DNA of 63,952 nt, the filler included, from Folioceros fuciformis (Eukaryota): the NCBI GenBank assembly GCA_049999805.1. It is 9 parts of 9 records of this genome, joined end to end, with 100 filler letters (N's around TTAATTAATTAA, not from the genome) between each part and the next. Parts side by side here need not be neighbours in the genome. Positions count along the whole stretch, not along the records: positions 6,986 to 17,898 come from JBNGIO010001101.1; positions 17,999 to 24,964 come from JBNGIO010001102.1; 7 more parts are not named here. One strand, 5' to 3'. The number at the start of each line of letters is the position of its first letter. Positions within the stretch are counted from its first letter, which is position 1. Below the pieces are notes generated by a model, which did no database searches, had not been told where the DNA came from, and was given only the letters and a program-made list of their open reading frames with translations. The translations under genes and the position numbers were made by a program. Below, in pieces: positions 11,869-23,387 of the stretch.

Positions 11869-14800
11869 ATGGCTGGCTGGCGAGTTGGGCTCCTGTCACA
11901 GAGGACGACGTTGCCGAGAGGGCCTCTGGCTGGGCTCCGCGGGCTCCAGTGTTTTGTGGGCGATACACCGTGGTGCGATACCAGGCAAGAGAAGGAGAGC
12001 TCCGGTGGCCCTGAAAAGATGTGCAAGCAGACGCAGATGGGTCATCGAGCTCCGACATCCAAGTGGAGAAGCACGGATGATGGTGACCCTCGCAGGTCCA
12101 GGAGTGCAGGATACGAATTGGTGGTGACTTATGAGACCGTGTGCCAGTTGTGTCAGGAGGGGCAGCTCGCTGCGGCTGTGGAGGCTCTGGGAGTGTTGGT
12201 GCTGACTGGATGTCGTGTTTCACAGCCTGCCTTTCGTGCTGTGCTGAAAAGTTGTGTGGTGCAAAGGGATTTGGTTCTGGGTCGCCGTGCCCACGCCCTC
12301 ACTGTTGAACAGGGTTATGAGGTGGACACGTTCTTGTGCAACCAGGTCATGCGGATGTATGCTTCTCATGCCAGGTTACAGGAGGCCATGGATGCATTTA
12401 CCTTGGTGGCCGAACCAGACGCCTTCATGTGGACTTCCATAATCTCTGCACATGTAAGCCATGGGGAAGCTAAGCAGGCCGTAGAATTGTATCACCGAAT
12501 GCGCAGGTCAAGCGTGAAGCCAGATGGGTATGTGTTTGTGGCTGCCCTTCAGGCTTGTGCCAGGGGAGCGGACTTGAAGGCTGGGCAGCAAGTGCATGCA
12601 GATGTTTTGGCCAGCGGCGTTGAGCCTCATTTGATTGTTTGTAATTCCTTGGTGGACATGTATGCCAAATGTGGCCGCTTGGAAGATGCTCGAAGAGTGT
12701 TCGATGGACTTGTTGAGAAAGATGTGGTGACGTGGAATGCCTTGCTAGCAGGGTATTCCCAGCAGGGGATGGGTCATGAAGCCTTACGTCTTTACAGTGC
12801 TATGCAAGAAGCAGGCATTGCTGTGCCTACTTCTGTGACCTTTATCTGCCTCCTACAGGCGTGTGGAAGTGTGGCAACCCCGCAGGCATTGGAGACTGGG
12901 AAGCAGCTTCATGGTCGAATCAAAGAACGAGGTGTTCTGACAGATGTGTTCGTAGCCAATAGCTTGATAGACATGTATGCAAAGTGCGGCAGCTTGGAAG
13001 ACGCTCGAAGAGTGTTTGATGGGATTGGCAGGAAAGACGTGGTGACGTGGAATGCCATGATTTCAGGATATTCCCAGCGGGGAATGGGCCAGGAAGCTCT
13101 TTGTACTTACGAGGCTATGCAAGAAGAGGGCAAGTCTGCACCTGATTCTGTAACGTTTGCCTGCGCCCTACAAGCTTGTGCAAGTTTGGGTACCCAAGCT
13201 TTGGACATGGGGATGGACCTTCATGCTGAAATTAGGGAACGCGGGCTTCAGGCTGATGTGTTTGTAGCCAGTAGTTTAGTAAACATGTATGCCAAGTGTG
13301 GCAGCTTGCAGGATGCTCAGAGCGTTTTTGACTTGTTTGGTCAAAAGAACACTGTGGCACAAAATGCCATTATAGCGGGGTATGTCCAGCAGGGGATGGG
13401 TCAGGAGGCTCTTCTGCTGCACGGTGCAATGCAAGAAGAAGGTATTGCGTTACCCGATGTTTCTACATTTGTGTCACTCCTGCAGGCATGTGCAACTGTG
13501 GGCACCCCAGCTCTGGAAAGGGGCATAAGCCTTCATACACAGATTGGAGAACGTGGACTCCAAATTGATGTTGTTTTAGGTTGCAGCCTGGTGAACATGT
13601 ACGCAAAGTGTGGCAGTTTGGAGGATGCTGAAAGAGTGTTTGATAGACTCGGTGAAAAGAACGTGGTCACGTGGAATGCTATAATTGCTGGATATGCAAA
13701 AAATGGCTTGTTGGAAGATGCTCAGAGAATGTTCGACAGGATTCCTAAGAGGGACGTGGTGACGTGGAATGCTATGATCGCAGGCTACTCGCAGCAAGGC
13801 CTGGGCCTTGAAGCTCTTCGTCTTTACAGAGCCATGCGAGAAGAAGGTGTTGTTGACCCCGATTCTGTGACATTTGTTAGCGCCCTCCAGGCATGTGCAG
13901 GTGTGGGCACCGCCGCTCGGGAGATGGGAAAGCAGCTTCACTCACAGATTGGGGACCGAGGGTTTGTGGCCGATGTTATTGTAGCCAACAGTTTGGTGAA
14001 CATGTACGCAAAATGTGGCAGCTTGGAAGAGGCTCGAGCCGTGTTTGACGGGCTTCTCCAAAAGGATGTTGTGACTTGGACAGCTCTAATAGCCAGATAC
14101 TCACAGCAGGGCATGAGTCAGGAAGCCATTCATCTCTACAGTGCTATGCAAAAAGAAGGCATTGTTGCACTCAATCCTGTGACATTTGCTTGCCTCTTGC
14201 AGGCATGCGCAAATGTGGCAGCTTTGTGTGTCGGAATGCAACTTCATGCTGAGATCAATGAACTAGGCCTTCAAGAGGATGTGCTTATAGGCGGCAGTTT
14301 GATAAATATGTATGGGAAGTGTGGGAGCATGACAAGTGCACGGCAGGTGTTCGAGGCATTACCTGAACGAGACGAAGTTGCTTGGAACGCACTGATATCA
14401 GGCTATGCCTGTCAAGGAGACAGTGACGTTGTCTTTGACTTGGTCCACAGAATGAGGGAGGATGGCGTACAGCCAGTCAGCATCACGTTCCTCAGTGTGC
14501 TCACAGCATGCAGTCATGCCGGTCTAGTGAACCAGGGGCGGGAGTATTTTGCAACCATGTGCACACAGTACGACATCACTCCCGAGGTGGAGCACTACAC
14601 ATGCTTGGTGGATCTCCTAGGCCGGGCCGGCCGTGTGGACGAGTCACTAGCGCTGGTAAGGACAATGCCAGTGCACCCCAGTGCTGCACTTTGGCACAGT
14701 CTATTGGGTGCCTGCCGAAAGTGGGGCAACGTGAAGGTGGGACTGTATGCTTTCCACGAAGCAGTGAAGCTAGACGAGAGAGACACAGCGGCGTATGTGT

Positions 14801-15072
14801 TGATGTCAAACATATACACCAGCGCCAAGATGTGGGAGCAGGCACAGGAGGTGCACGCAAGGAGGAAGGCAATTGGAGCATGGAAACAGCCAGGCCAGAG
14901 CTGGTGGACAGACAAGGACGGTGTGGTTCATAGATTTCTGGTTGGGGATAAGAAGCATCCCGAAGCTCACGTCATATCTGAAAGGCTAAAAGACCTCGTG
15001 CTCAAAATCAAGGAACAAGGGTATGTGCTTCACCTGGACTCTTCGCATCTGCAATCCGTCTGCCTTGAGTAA
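11869..15072 (+). CDS. PLS-class pentatricopeptide repeat protein (organellar RNA-editing factor) with E domains and a truncated WW-type DYW start; 1067 aa, intronless
   Basis: Repeated L/S/P motifs (NSLVDMYAKCG...DVVTWNA), E region, C-terminal WKQPGQSWWTD..HRFLVGDKKHPE; ends before any HxE/CxxC deaminase motif. Confidence 0.95.
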   Translation: MAGWRVGLLSQRTTLPRGPLAGLRGLQCFVGDTPWCDTRQEKESSGGPEKMCKQTQMGHRAPTSKWRSTDDGDPRRSRSAGYELVVTYETVCQLCQEGQLAAAVEALGVLVLTGCRVSQPAFRAVLKSCVVQRDLVLGRRAHALTVEQGYEVDTFLCNQVMRMYASHARLQEAMDAFTLVAEPDAFMWTSIISAHVSHGEAKQAVELYHRMRRSSVKPDGYVFVAALQACARGADLKAGQQVHADVLASGVEPHLIVCNSLVDMYAKCGRLEDARRVFDGLVEKDVVTWNALLAGYSQQGMGHEALRLYSAMQEAGIAVPTSVTFICLLQACGSVATPQALETGKQLHGRIKERGVLTDVFVANSLIDMYAKCGSLEDARRVFDGIGRKDVVTWNAMISGYSQRGMGQEALCTYEAMQEEGKSAPDSVTFACALQACASLGTQALDMGMDLHAEIRERGLQADVFVASSLVNMYAKCGSLQDAQSVFDLFGQKNTVAQNAIIAGYVQQGMGQEALLLHGAMQEEGIALPDVSTFVSLLQACATVGTPALERGISLHTQIGERGLQIDVVLGCSLVNMYAKCGSLEDAERVFDRLGEKNVVTWNAIIAGYAKNGLLEDAQRMFDRIPKRDVVTWNAMIAGYSQQGLGLEALRLYRAMREEGVVDPDSVTFVSALQACAGVGTAAREMGKQLHSQIGDRGFVADVIVANSLVNMYAKCGSLEEARAVFDGLLQKDVVTWTALIARYSQQGMSQEAIHLYSAMQKEGIVALNPVTFACLLQACANVAALCVGMQLHAEINELGLQEDVLIGGSLINMYGKCGSMTSARQVFEALPERDEVAWNALISGYACQGDSDVVFDLVHRMREDGVQPVSITFLSVLTACSHAGLVNQGREYFATMCTQYDITPEVEHYTCLVDLLGRAGRVDESLALVRTMPVHPSAALWHSLLGACRKWGNVKVGLYAFHEAVKLDERDTAAYVLMSNIYTSAKMWEQAQEVHARRKAIGAWKQPGQSWWTDKDGVVHRFLVGDKKHPEAHVISERLKDLVLKIKEQGYVLHLDSSHLQSVCLE

Positions 15073-15694
15073 GACGCCAAGTCGCCACACTTACCTTCGA
15101 GCCTAAAAGCAAATTCTACCGTCTGGTTGCGAAGACCGTCCAAATTTGCGATGCTCTGTTTTGTGCTATCCGGGGAAGATGAGATACAAATATTGTAAGT
15201 GTACTGCTAAGACTTGCCGCCACAACCCAATTCTCGAAAAGTGACAACAAGCCATTAAGGCCGACAGTATCCACAGCCTGGCCTACAAGTAGCTCGCGGG
15301 TGGAGGTGTTGTCAGGTCTGCTACAGATCCACCAGTACCTTCTCTTCCACATTGTGAACATGAAAGAGAAGTAATGTTAGAGCCCGGGCGTGCGGGAATC
15401 TCACTGCACGCGATCCGGATAAGCCTATGCAATGTAGCATCGTGGAGCATCCACACCGAGAATAGAAGTCTCGAAACAGCAAGTGCAAAATGGCGTTTAC
15501 ATCTCCAGCCTGTTGCAGGATGGGATGTTCGTCAATAATTCGGATGTGATTCAATTATGGAGAATGGAGTCAGCCGATGCATCACAACCCGTAAGACAGT
15601 GAAGGCCAAATCCTGTAGCCCAGCCAGCCTTCGAGAGCTGACCCCAGTGTTGGCTCGCCTCGAGCTCAAGGCCTTCAAATCTCAGCCCACCATC

Positions 15695-17268
15695 ATGTTC
15701 AAATGTCTCTGCTGTCTTCCCTTCTTCCAATCCCGCTCCTTCTCCCCTCCGAACTCCCCTCGGCACCCCCTCCTTCACCACACCCGACAAGTTCACATGG
15801 CTCAAGGCGATTGCGGCCCTGACGGCCACCATCCCCACCACAATCACAATCACCATCCCGACCACGTTCACGGAGGCGCTCCCGAGCACTGCGGTGAGCC
15901 CGAGCCCGCTGCGCCTGAATGCAGCCGGGAGGTGGACGCCAATGCCGCCCTCAAGGCCCTGGCCGGGGAATCGGAAGGATTCGGGAGAGACGCGCGGGGA
16001 GGCGCAGATGGTCGTGTGTACGTCGTTACGTCTCTGGAAGGTGCGTCTCGCTTGAACCAACAATTCGTGTAACGTTGGATTTTGAGATGTGGGAAGGTGG
16101 TGCGATCGTGGTGGTGAATGCGGGACAGCGAGTACTGAAAGAAAACACACCTCGAACACTGAATGATACTTGCAGATGACGAGAGCTGCGAAGGAACGTT
16201 GCGACACGGATGCGCCAAGGAGGAGCCGCTATGGATCGTGTTCGGAGTGTCGGGCACCATCTGCCTCTCGTGCCCGCTCCCGGTGTCGTCGCACAAGACG
16301 ATCGACGGGCGGGGGCAAAAGGTGACCATCTCCGGCCACGGCGGGCTCAAGGTCAAGGAAGTGGAGCACGTCATCATCTGCAATCTCAACTTCGAGTGCG
16401 GGAGCGGGAGCGACGCGGACGCTATCCAGATCAAGCCCTGTTCCAAGCACATCTGGGTGGATCGGTGCACCCTGACCGACTACGCCGACGGTTTGATCGA
16501 CATCACACGCGCTTCCACCGACATCACCGTTTCCAGGTGAGGGAGCTGCCTTCAAGATGGATCCGTCATCAGGTTTGCGGCATTGCGGGCGGGATAGTGG
16601 TTATGCCAGCTGTGTAATCGGCTGGCCGGGTGTTGTAGGTGCCGGTTTCTCAATCACGACAAGGCCTTCCTGATCGGAGCCGATCCCAACCACGTGGATG
16701 ACCGGTGCATCAGAGTGACGATCCACCACTGCTTTTTCGATTGCAATAAGCAGTATCAACCACGCGTGAGGTTCGGAAAGATTCATCTCTACAACAACTA
16801 CACTCGGAACTGGGGATCCTACGCCGTCTGTGCAGGTGTCGAGTCCCAGGTATGGAGATGAAGAGAGACTTCGTCATTCGTGGTGTGTAGGAAGGAGGGA
16901 AATTGCACCATGGCAACTGCAGAACCTGATGGCTTGTGAGTGACTTTGAAACTTGCTGTGCATTGGTCGTGCAGATTTTTTCACAGTCCTGCGTATACGA
17001 AGCTGGCGAGAAGAACAAGAAAAAGGCGTTCAAGTACGACTGTGAGAAGGCCGGTGACCGGGAGGTGGAGGAAGCTGGCAGCGTTCGTTCGGAAGGAGAT
17101 GTTTTCTTGAACGGTGCAGCAGGGGATGTGCAAGGTGCTGAGTGTGTGTTCGATCCTAAGGAATATTACCCGCACTGGACTCTAGAGTGTGCTGATGATG
17201 CCTTGGCCGAAAGAGTATGTGCAAACGCAGGATGGCAAGATGTCTGCCTACCACCTTATGCCAGCTAG
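15695..17268 (+). CDS. Pectate lyase-like (PL1) protein; exons 15695-16040, 16176-16536, 16639-16849, 16975-17268 (ORF open back to ATG 15557)
   Basis: EGFGRDARGG, PLWIVF, SSHKTIDGRG, DADAIQIK, IWVDRC, DGLIDIT, PRVRFGKIHLYNNY; GT-AG introns keep frame. Confidence 0.92.
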
Positions 17269-17998
17269 GGAGACACCAGGCAGACTGTGTTTCGACATCT
17301 CGTCGACTGAGTGTTTTTCAGTCCCTCATCTTGTCATCGAATGTCCTTCCCTTCCTCTTCCGATATAGCAAACTAAAGGAAACCAAAGGGAGATCTCACG
17401 CCAACGGCTCCGTGCGAGTGCTGCTGTTGAAGCCGCTGATGCCCTGGTGGTGCTTCATGAAGGGCTTGGTCGCGGGCTGTGGTACAAAATGTCGAAGCTG
17501 GTCAGACTCTCTATCGTCTTGTCTGGAGCAAAATATTTAATGCTTTTGTTGCAGCCGAAGGGTGATAAGGATCTTAGTCTCTGCTTCGTTGTTTAGACGT
17601 ACTCTCGGCTTTTCTTGTTTGGCTTGTCGAGGGCGTTCGGGTTTTGTTGAGCGGATTCGGGTGAGCTTGCGTGGCCTCACGACTATCCCAAGAAGGATAC
17701 GCTCGATATTTATTTTTGATGTAGCTAGAATAATGTAAAAATTACAGGACGAATGATAAATTTCAAACTTGAGCGATGGTTGAAGCTTGTGTGCAAAAGG
17801 CATAAAAACAACGTTGTACATTCGATTTCCACAATTAAAATTGTAAACCCTAATCACAAGACGAAGGAACATTGTTGGTATTGACATTTCTCTATTTANN
17901 NNNNNNNNNNNNNNNNNNNNNNNNNNNNNNNNNNNNNNNNNNTTAATTAATTAANNNNNNNNNNNNNNNNNNNNNNNNNNNNNNNNNNNNNNNNNNNN

Positions 17999-19082
17999 AG
18001 TCTCTGGATAGTCTAAGAGGTGGTAGATCCTTGTGGTGGCAGGGCCAGGAGCTCATTGGTGGCAAGTTGTGCTAGGAGTCTAAATAAGTGGCTGGTGACA
18101 GCCGGCTAGGCTATTAAAATAATATTTCTCAAGTTAGAGAGAGGTGAAGTCACAGAGAGAGAGAGAGGCTCCTATAAGATCGGGTGAGCCTGTAGGAGGA
18201 GGGAGTCATTCACTTTGGGAGTCAGTCTATCTCTTTGTGAGCTCTTGGAGGTCCTCTCTTCATGAGCTCTTGTGGTCTGTCCCTGCTTGGTTTAGGACTT
18301 GCAGTGTGTTGCCGGCTGTGCAACGTCTGGTAGGATCGCAAGCCGTGTGTTGCCGGCTGTACAGTGTCTGGTAGGATTGCAGGCAGCGTGTTGCCGGCTG
18401 TACAGTGTCTGGTAGGATCGCGGGCAGCGTGTTGCCGGTTGTATAGTGTCTGGTAGGATCACAAGGTTTAATGACCAGGGTGTAGGGGCTTGCCCCTAGC
18501 TCTTGATTGTAAAGGGTGTGTCTTTCTCTCGACCTGTCCACTCTTGTTCCTTGCTTGGTCAAGTGTTGTAGGCCGGCCATGTCTCATGGTGTCTGGTAAG
18601 GTTGTGGGGAGGAGATATCCAAGAGGGGAATGTGTTCCCTTCGTCCTTTTGTTTGGGGTTAGTCTAGTGACTCTTGCCGGGTAGGAGGAGTTAGTAGGGA
18701 AGTGTAGAAGGTAGTGGTGTCGTTGCTGGTTGCTGGTAGTTGCTGGTGTTGGTGCTGGAGTGAGAGAGTGAGTGAGGTGTGTGAGGGAAGTCGCAGAACT
18801 GAAAGGTTAGAGTCGTTGTAGTGGCTGGAGTGAGTTTGTGGGCACCGAGAGAGGTGCAGCTGACCGCCAGACAGCGAGGCCTGTCCTACGCCTGATCAGA
18901 GCTGGAGGGGAGCCCTCGAATCCGTCATCGAGTCGATCAAGTCCGACCCTCCATCCACAACAGCAAGGAACCCCATCGCTCCTTCGTGGGAACGAAACCC
19001 AATATCTCAACGACAGTGGGATAAGAATGGCCACTAAAGGTGGAACCCGTTGGCAATCGGTGCCCGGGGTTTTGCCTCCACA
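17999..19082. mobile_element. Probable LTR of another retroelement inserted into the Copia RT region; contains a 41-bp x4 tandem repeat (18301-18460)
   Basis: Copia RT homology ([14 protein letters not shown]...LQKQYAK) stops abruptly at 19083, where this sequence ends in ...CCACA (TGTGG on the minus strand). Confidence 0.55.
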
Positions 19083-22000
19083 CCTTAGCATATTGTTTTT
19101 GCAATAGCTAGATTCCTTGAGGTGTAGACACAACCTCAATTCCTAAGAAGTATCTGAGTTCACCAAGATCCTTCACCTTGAACTCTTTTTGCAAAATTCG
19201 CCTTGACATCTGCAATACCATCTGCATCATCTCCTGTGATGATCAGGTCGTCAACATAAACGACAAGACACACATGTCCTACCTTGGTCTGTTTTATAAA
19301 CAGACTGTGATTTGCGTCTCCAATCGCAAACCCTCGCTCCTTCAAATAGCTTGTGATACGAGCATTCCATGCTCTAGGTGCCTGTTTGAGTCCATACAAT
19401 GCCTTCTTCAATTTGCATACGTACGTTGGAAACGTAGGATAAACATAGCCTTCAGGTTGTTCCACGTACACTTCCTCCTGCAACTCACCATTCAAGAAAG
19501 CATTCTTGACATCCATTTGCCATAACTTCCATCCTTTAGCTGCTGCTAATGCTATGACTGTCCTTACAGTTGTCATCTTGGCTACTGGACTAAAGGTTTC
19601 CTCGTAATCAAGACCATACTATTGTGCATATCTATTTACAACCAACTTGGCCTTGTAACGCTCCAGCGTTCCATATGACTTGAACTTCAACTTGTACACC
19701 CGCTTAGAACCAATAGGAACCTTGCCATCAGGCAGTTGAACCAAATCCCACGTTTCGTTCTCAACTAATGCTGAGTATTCTTCATCCATGGCTTGACACC
19801 ACTTATCATCTGTCACTGCCTCAACAAACTTGGTTGGCTCCTTACAAGCTGTAACCCTTGTCATATACGCATAATGTTGCGCATTGTAGCTTGTATAGGT
19901 GTACCTGTCAATGGGTTTCCTAATCCTCTCATATCTCCTTGGTCTTGGTTCAATTTGAACCTGCCTTGCATATCGTTGCTCCTTAGCACCTAGCGTTTCC
20001 ATAGACGGAATGCCAACCTCAGTGTTAATGCTCTCAGTACTTGAGGATTCATATCCCTCATTTCTAGTTTTGCTGCTTTTTACTCTCCCCCTCACTAACA
20101 TGTCCGGGTCAGTGGTCTTGGGTTTACCATTCCGCAGTCTTCCAGACCATGGATTCACCGTTGGTGATCCACCATTGGTCACATCCTCACTCTTTGTTGG
20201 AGTACTCTTAATAGTACTCTCCCCTGTGGGTGCGTCATAGGGTAGTGCAACTAAGTTGCTATACCAGGAGGCTAACTCATCAAATACTACATCCTTGCTT
20301 ATTAGGATCTCATGTGTGGATGGCACATAACACTTATATGCCTTCTTATTTCGTGCATACCCCAGAAAAACACTCTTCATTGCTTTAGGATCCAGCTTCC
20401 TACGCTTCTCATCAGGTATATGCACATATGCAATTCACCCAAACACTTTCAAGTGCCTTATATCCGGCTTATAGCCATACAGTCTCTCAATTGGTGTAGC
20501 ATCATGAATTCCTGCCATAGGAGTTCGATTCACTACATACAATGCTGTCATCACTGCTTCTGCCCAATAATCATTGGGTAAGCACTTCTCATTCAACATT
20601 GCCCTTGCTGTTTCCATGACTAACCTGTTCTTCCTCTTTGCAACACCATTCCGCTGTAGTGTGTATCTGCAAATCAACTGTCTTCGTATACCATGATCTG
20701 CAAGATACCTGTCAAACTCCTTTGAGACATATTCTCCCCCTCCATCTAGTCTTAGACAAGAGAGGGAGCAGCTGAATTCATTTTCAGCATGCTTTTTAAA
20801 GTCCTTGAAAGACTCGAACACTTCATCCTTATGCTTCAGTATGTACAGCCACATGTACCTACTGAAATCATCAATGAAGGAGACATAGTAGTGGGCTCCT
20901 CCAAACGATGCATTCTGTGAAGGACCCCATACATCAGAGTGTATCAATTACAAAGGTCTCAAGCTTTTCTGCACGTGTCGCACAAATGGAAACCTTGACT
21001 GTTTTCCAAATTCACATGCAAAACACACATAACCAAGATCAGCATACTTGAACTTGGGCAATCCTTCCACCACGCTTTTCTGCTGCATAGATTTTAGCTT
21101 CTCTATGTTCACATGCCCAATCCTCTTCTGCCATATTTCAACATCACTTATGGCACCTGCATCATTTATAAACATTGCTGCATTTAGCTTTGGAATGGAT
21201 GCATTCATAGTGAACATCCGTCCATTGCTACTACCTTTAACAATCAGTTTGCACACTCTATCATATTCTTTAATAAAGCATCCATCTTTATTGAATCGAA
21301 CCTGTAGATTTTGTTCAATTGTCTGTCCAACAGACAACAAGTTCTTCGTAATGGTTGGAACATGCAACACATCTTGCAGACTCTTCTGCTGACCATTCGG
21401 CATCTTAAGAGGAATAATTCCTTTGTGCTTTATGTCATGTTGTGTGTCATCTCCTCTACACATGACCATGGGGACCTGCATCCATCTTATTAAACCACTC
21501 GCCATGCAGAGTCATATCGTTTGATGCTCCTGAATCAATGGACCATCTCTCATCATTTTGCCCATCCTGTTCAGAGAGATGTTGCATGGCAAACAACCTA
21601 TCCTGGTCATTTCCAGCAAAACTAGAGGAGGCATAGTTCCCATGCTGCCTTCCTTTTCCTCTCATATCTGCTTGCTGCTTATAGCAGTCCTTAGCAATAT
21701 GACCAACCTTTCCACAGTAGTAACACTCCTTGTCTCTATTGGAATGGTCATGAGATTGAAAAGAACCATCTCTTCCTCTTGCGGCTCTACCTGCGCCTCT
21801 AAACCTTCCAGATCCTCTCTGGCCTTGCGCATTTCCTCCACACCAATTGTCTTGTTGATTCTGCGTGTTCCGAGCATCACCCTGTCCTCAGAATGAACCA
21901 TGACCTCTATGGCCTCTCCCACGCTGGTTAGAAAACAAAACAGTGTCTCTCCCTTGAGACATACCTGAACCTGTGTTCAGACCGAGCTTAACTTCCTTAT

Positions 22001-23387
22001 GCAGCAACAAAGCAACCAATTCATCCCAACTTGGGGACTCAGCTCTCACAGAGATTGATGTGTCAAAGGACTTGTATTCCTTGCCAACTCCGTTCAGAGT
22101 AACTGCAACCATGTCATCTTCTGTCACACTTGCATCGATTGTAGCAAGCTGATCAGCTATGGTCTTCACCTCTGTTGTATACACGAGTATGGATCTGCTA
22201 CCTCGTGACAAGATATTGAACTGCTGCTTCAACTGGATTTTCCTAGCATGTGTGACATTCCCATAGTTCCTCATGAGTATGTCCCATGCATCCTTCGGAG
22301 ACTCACATCTCGTGATCTGTATGACCATAGCATCTGAAATACTTAAGGAGAGCTAGTGTAACACTTTACATGCTCTCTCAGTCCATGCTTGTGAGCAGTC
22401 TTTTGCTCCTATGACGGAGTACGATCCATCTCCGGTTCACTCTCATCACCTGTGCAGAGGTCCCAATAGCCTCTACCTACCAAGAAGTTCTTCATCCTGA
22501 ACTTCCATAAAGCAAAATTCTTGTTATCCAACTACTCTCCCACAACCTGAGAGATATTGTCTGATCCCTGCACGTTAGCCATGATTCAGGCTCCTTTACG
22601 CACCGACACTTATTCGCACCTCAAGTCAGTTAACTGCCTTCTCTTGCTTGCTGTGCCACCAAGTCCCTTGTGGACAAATTGTCAAAACACTTTCATGCGT
22701 CTTCCAACAGATGTTTTTGACAATCTTGAGTGCAGCTCCCTACACTGCTGTAGAGCTCCAGCACTCCACAAGCCTCAATCAGATCTCAAAAATTCCTGAA
22801 TGTGCAGCTGACTCTTCGCTAAGCAAAAACAGCCTTTGCTCAAGCTTTCAAAAAACAAAAAAAATAGAACACTATTTGCCAAGTTCAGGCCTTCCTCCTC
22901 GCAAATCCTAGGCCTACTGTGGCTTCCACGGCCTGGTTGCCTCCACTAGTTGTTGCTCCTCCTGAGTCTCTCTCCCTCTCACGCCTCTTGCGCGCTCTTG
23001 CGCTTGTGGCGCCTGTTGCGGCTTCCTACGCCGCCTACGCCGCTGCGCCTCCTACGCCTCTCAATGGCTTGCATTGCCAGCCACCTTCATGCTCGCAGCC
23101 ATAGCCTCAAACCCCCACCATAGCCACCATGGCCGCCGGCGCTCTCTCTGGCTCTGATACTGTGTTCAAATAGCACCACTAACGTAGATGGACTCCACAG
23201 TACATTCCTTAAGGTGCACAAGATGCTACATATATAGCCTTCAAGCGGGGCAACCCTCGATAAGGTAAGCCTTAGTCTTGAGGGTGCACTGTCCTGGTAT
23301 ATCCTGATAACACTTAGGTAGGAGATAACTACGAGTTCAATATGGGATAATCTACACTATCCTAAATGTTGTATGCTCTTAATAACA
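19083..23387 (-). mobile_element. Ty1/Copia LTR retrotransposon, decayed: 5' LTR 23163-23387, PBS ~23149-23162, gag start 22582, zinc knuckle, protease, integrase, partial RT
   Basis: IDSGAS protease; IHSDVWGP/RLDGGGEY integrase; [11 protein letters not shown] and [13 protein letters not shown] bounded TGTT...AACA; tRNA-Met-type PBS variant (cagtatcagagcca on minus); frameshifts and stops. Confidence 0.95.

Noticed and set aside
14878-14910. PPRs as U-to-C (DYW:KP-type) editors
   Set aside because: The box is PG..WW rather than KP-type, and no deaminase domain is present.
12254-14933. Short alternative-frame and antisense ORFs inside PPR 1 (likewise within 56544-59751)
   Set aside because: Shadows of long GC-rich coding sequence; no motifs.
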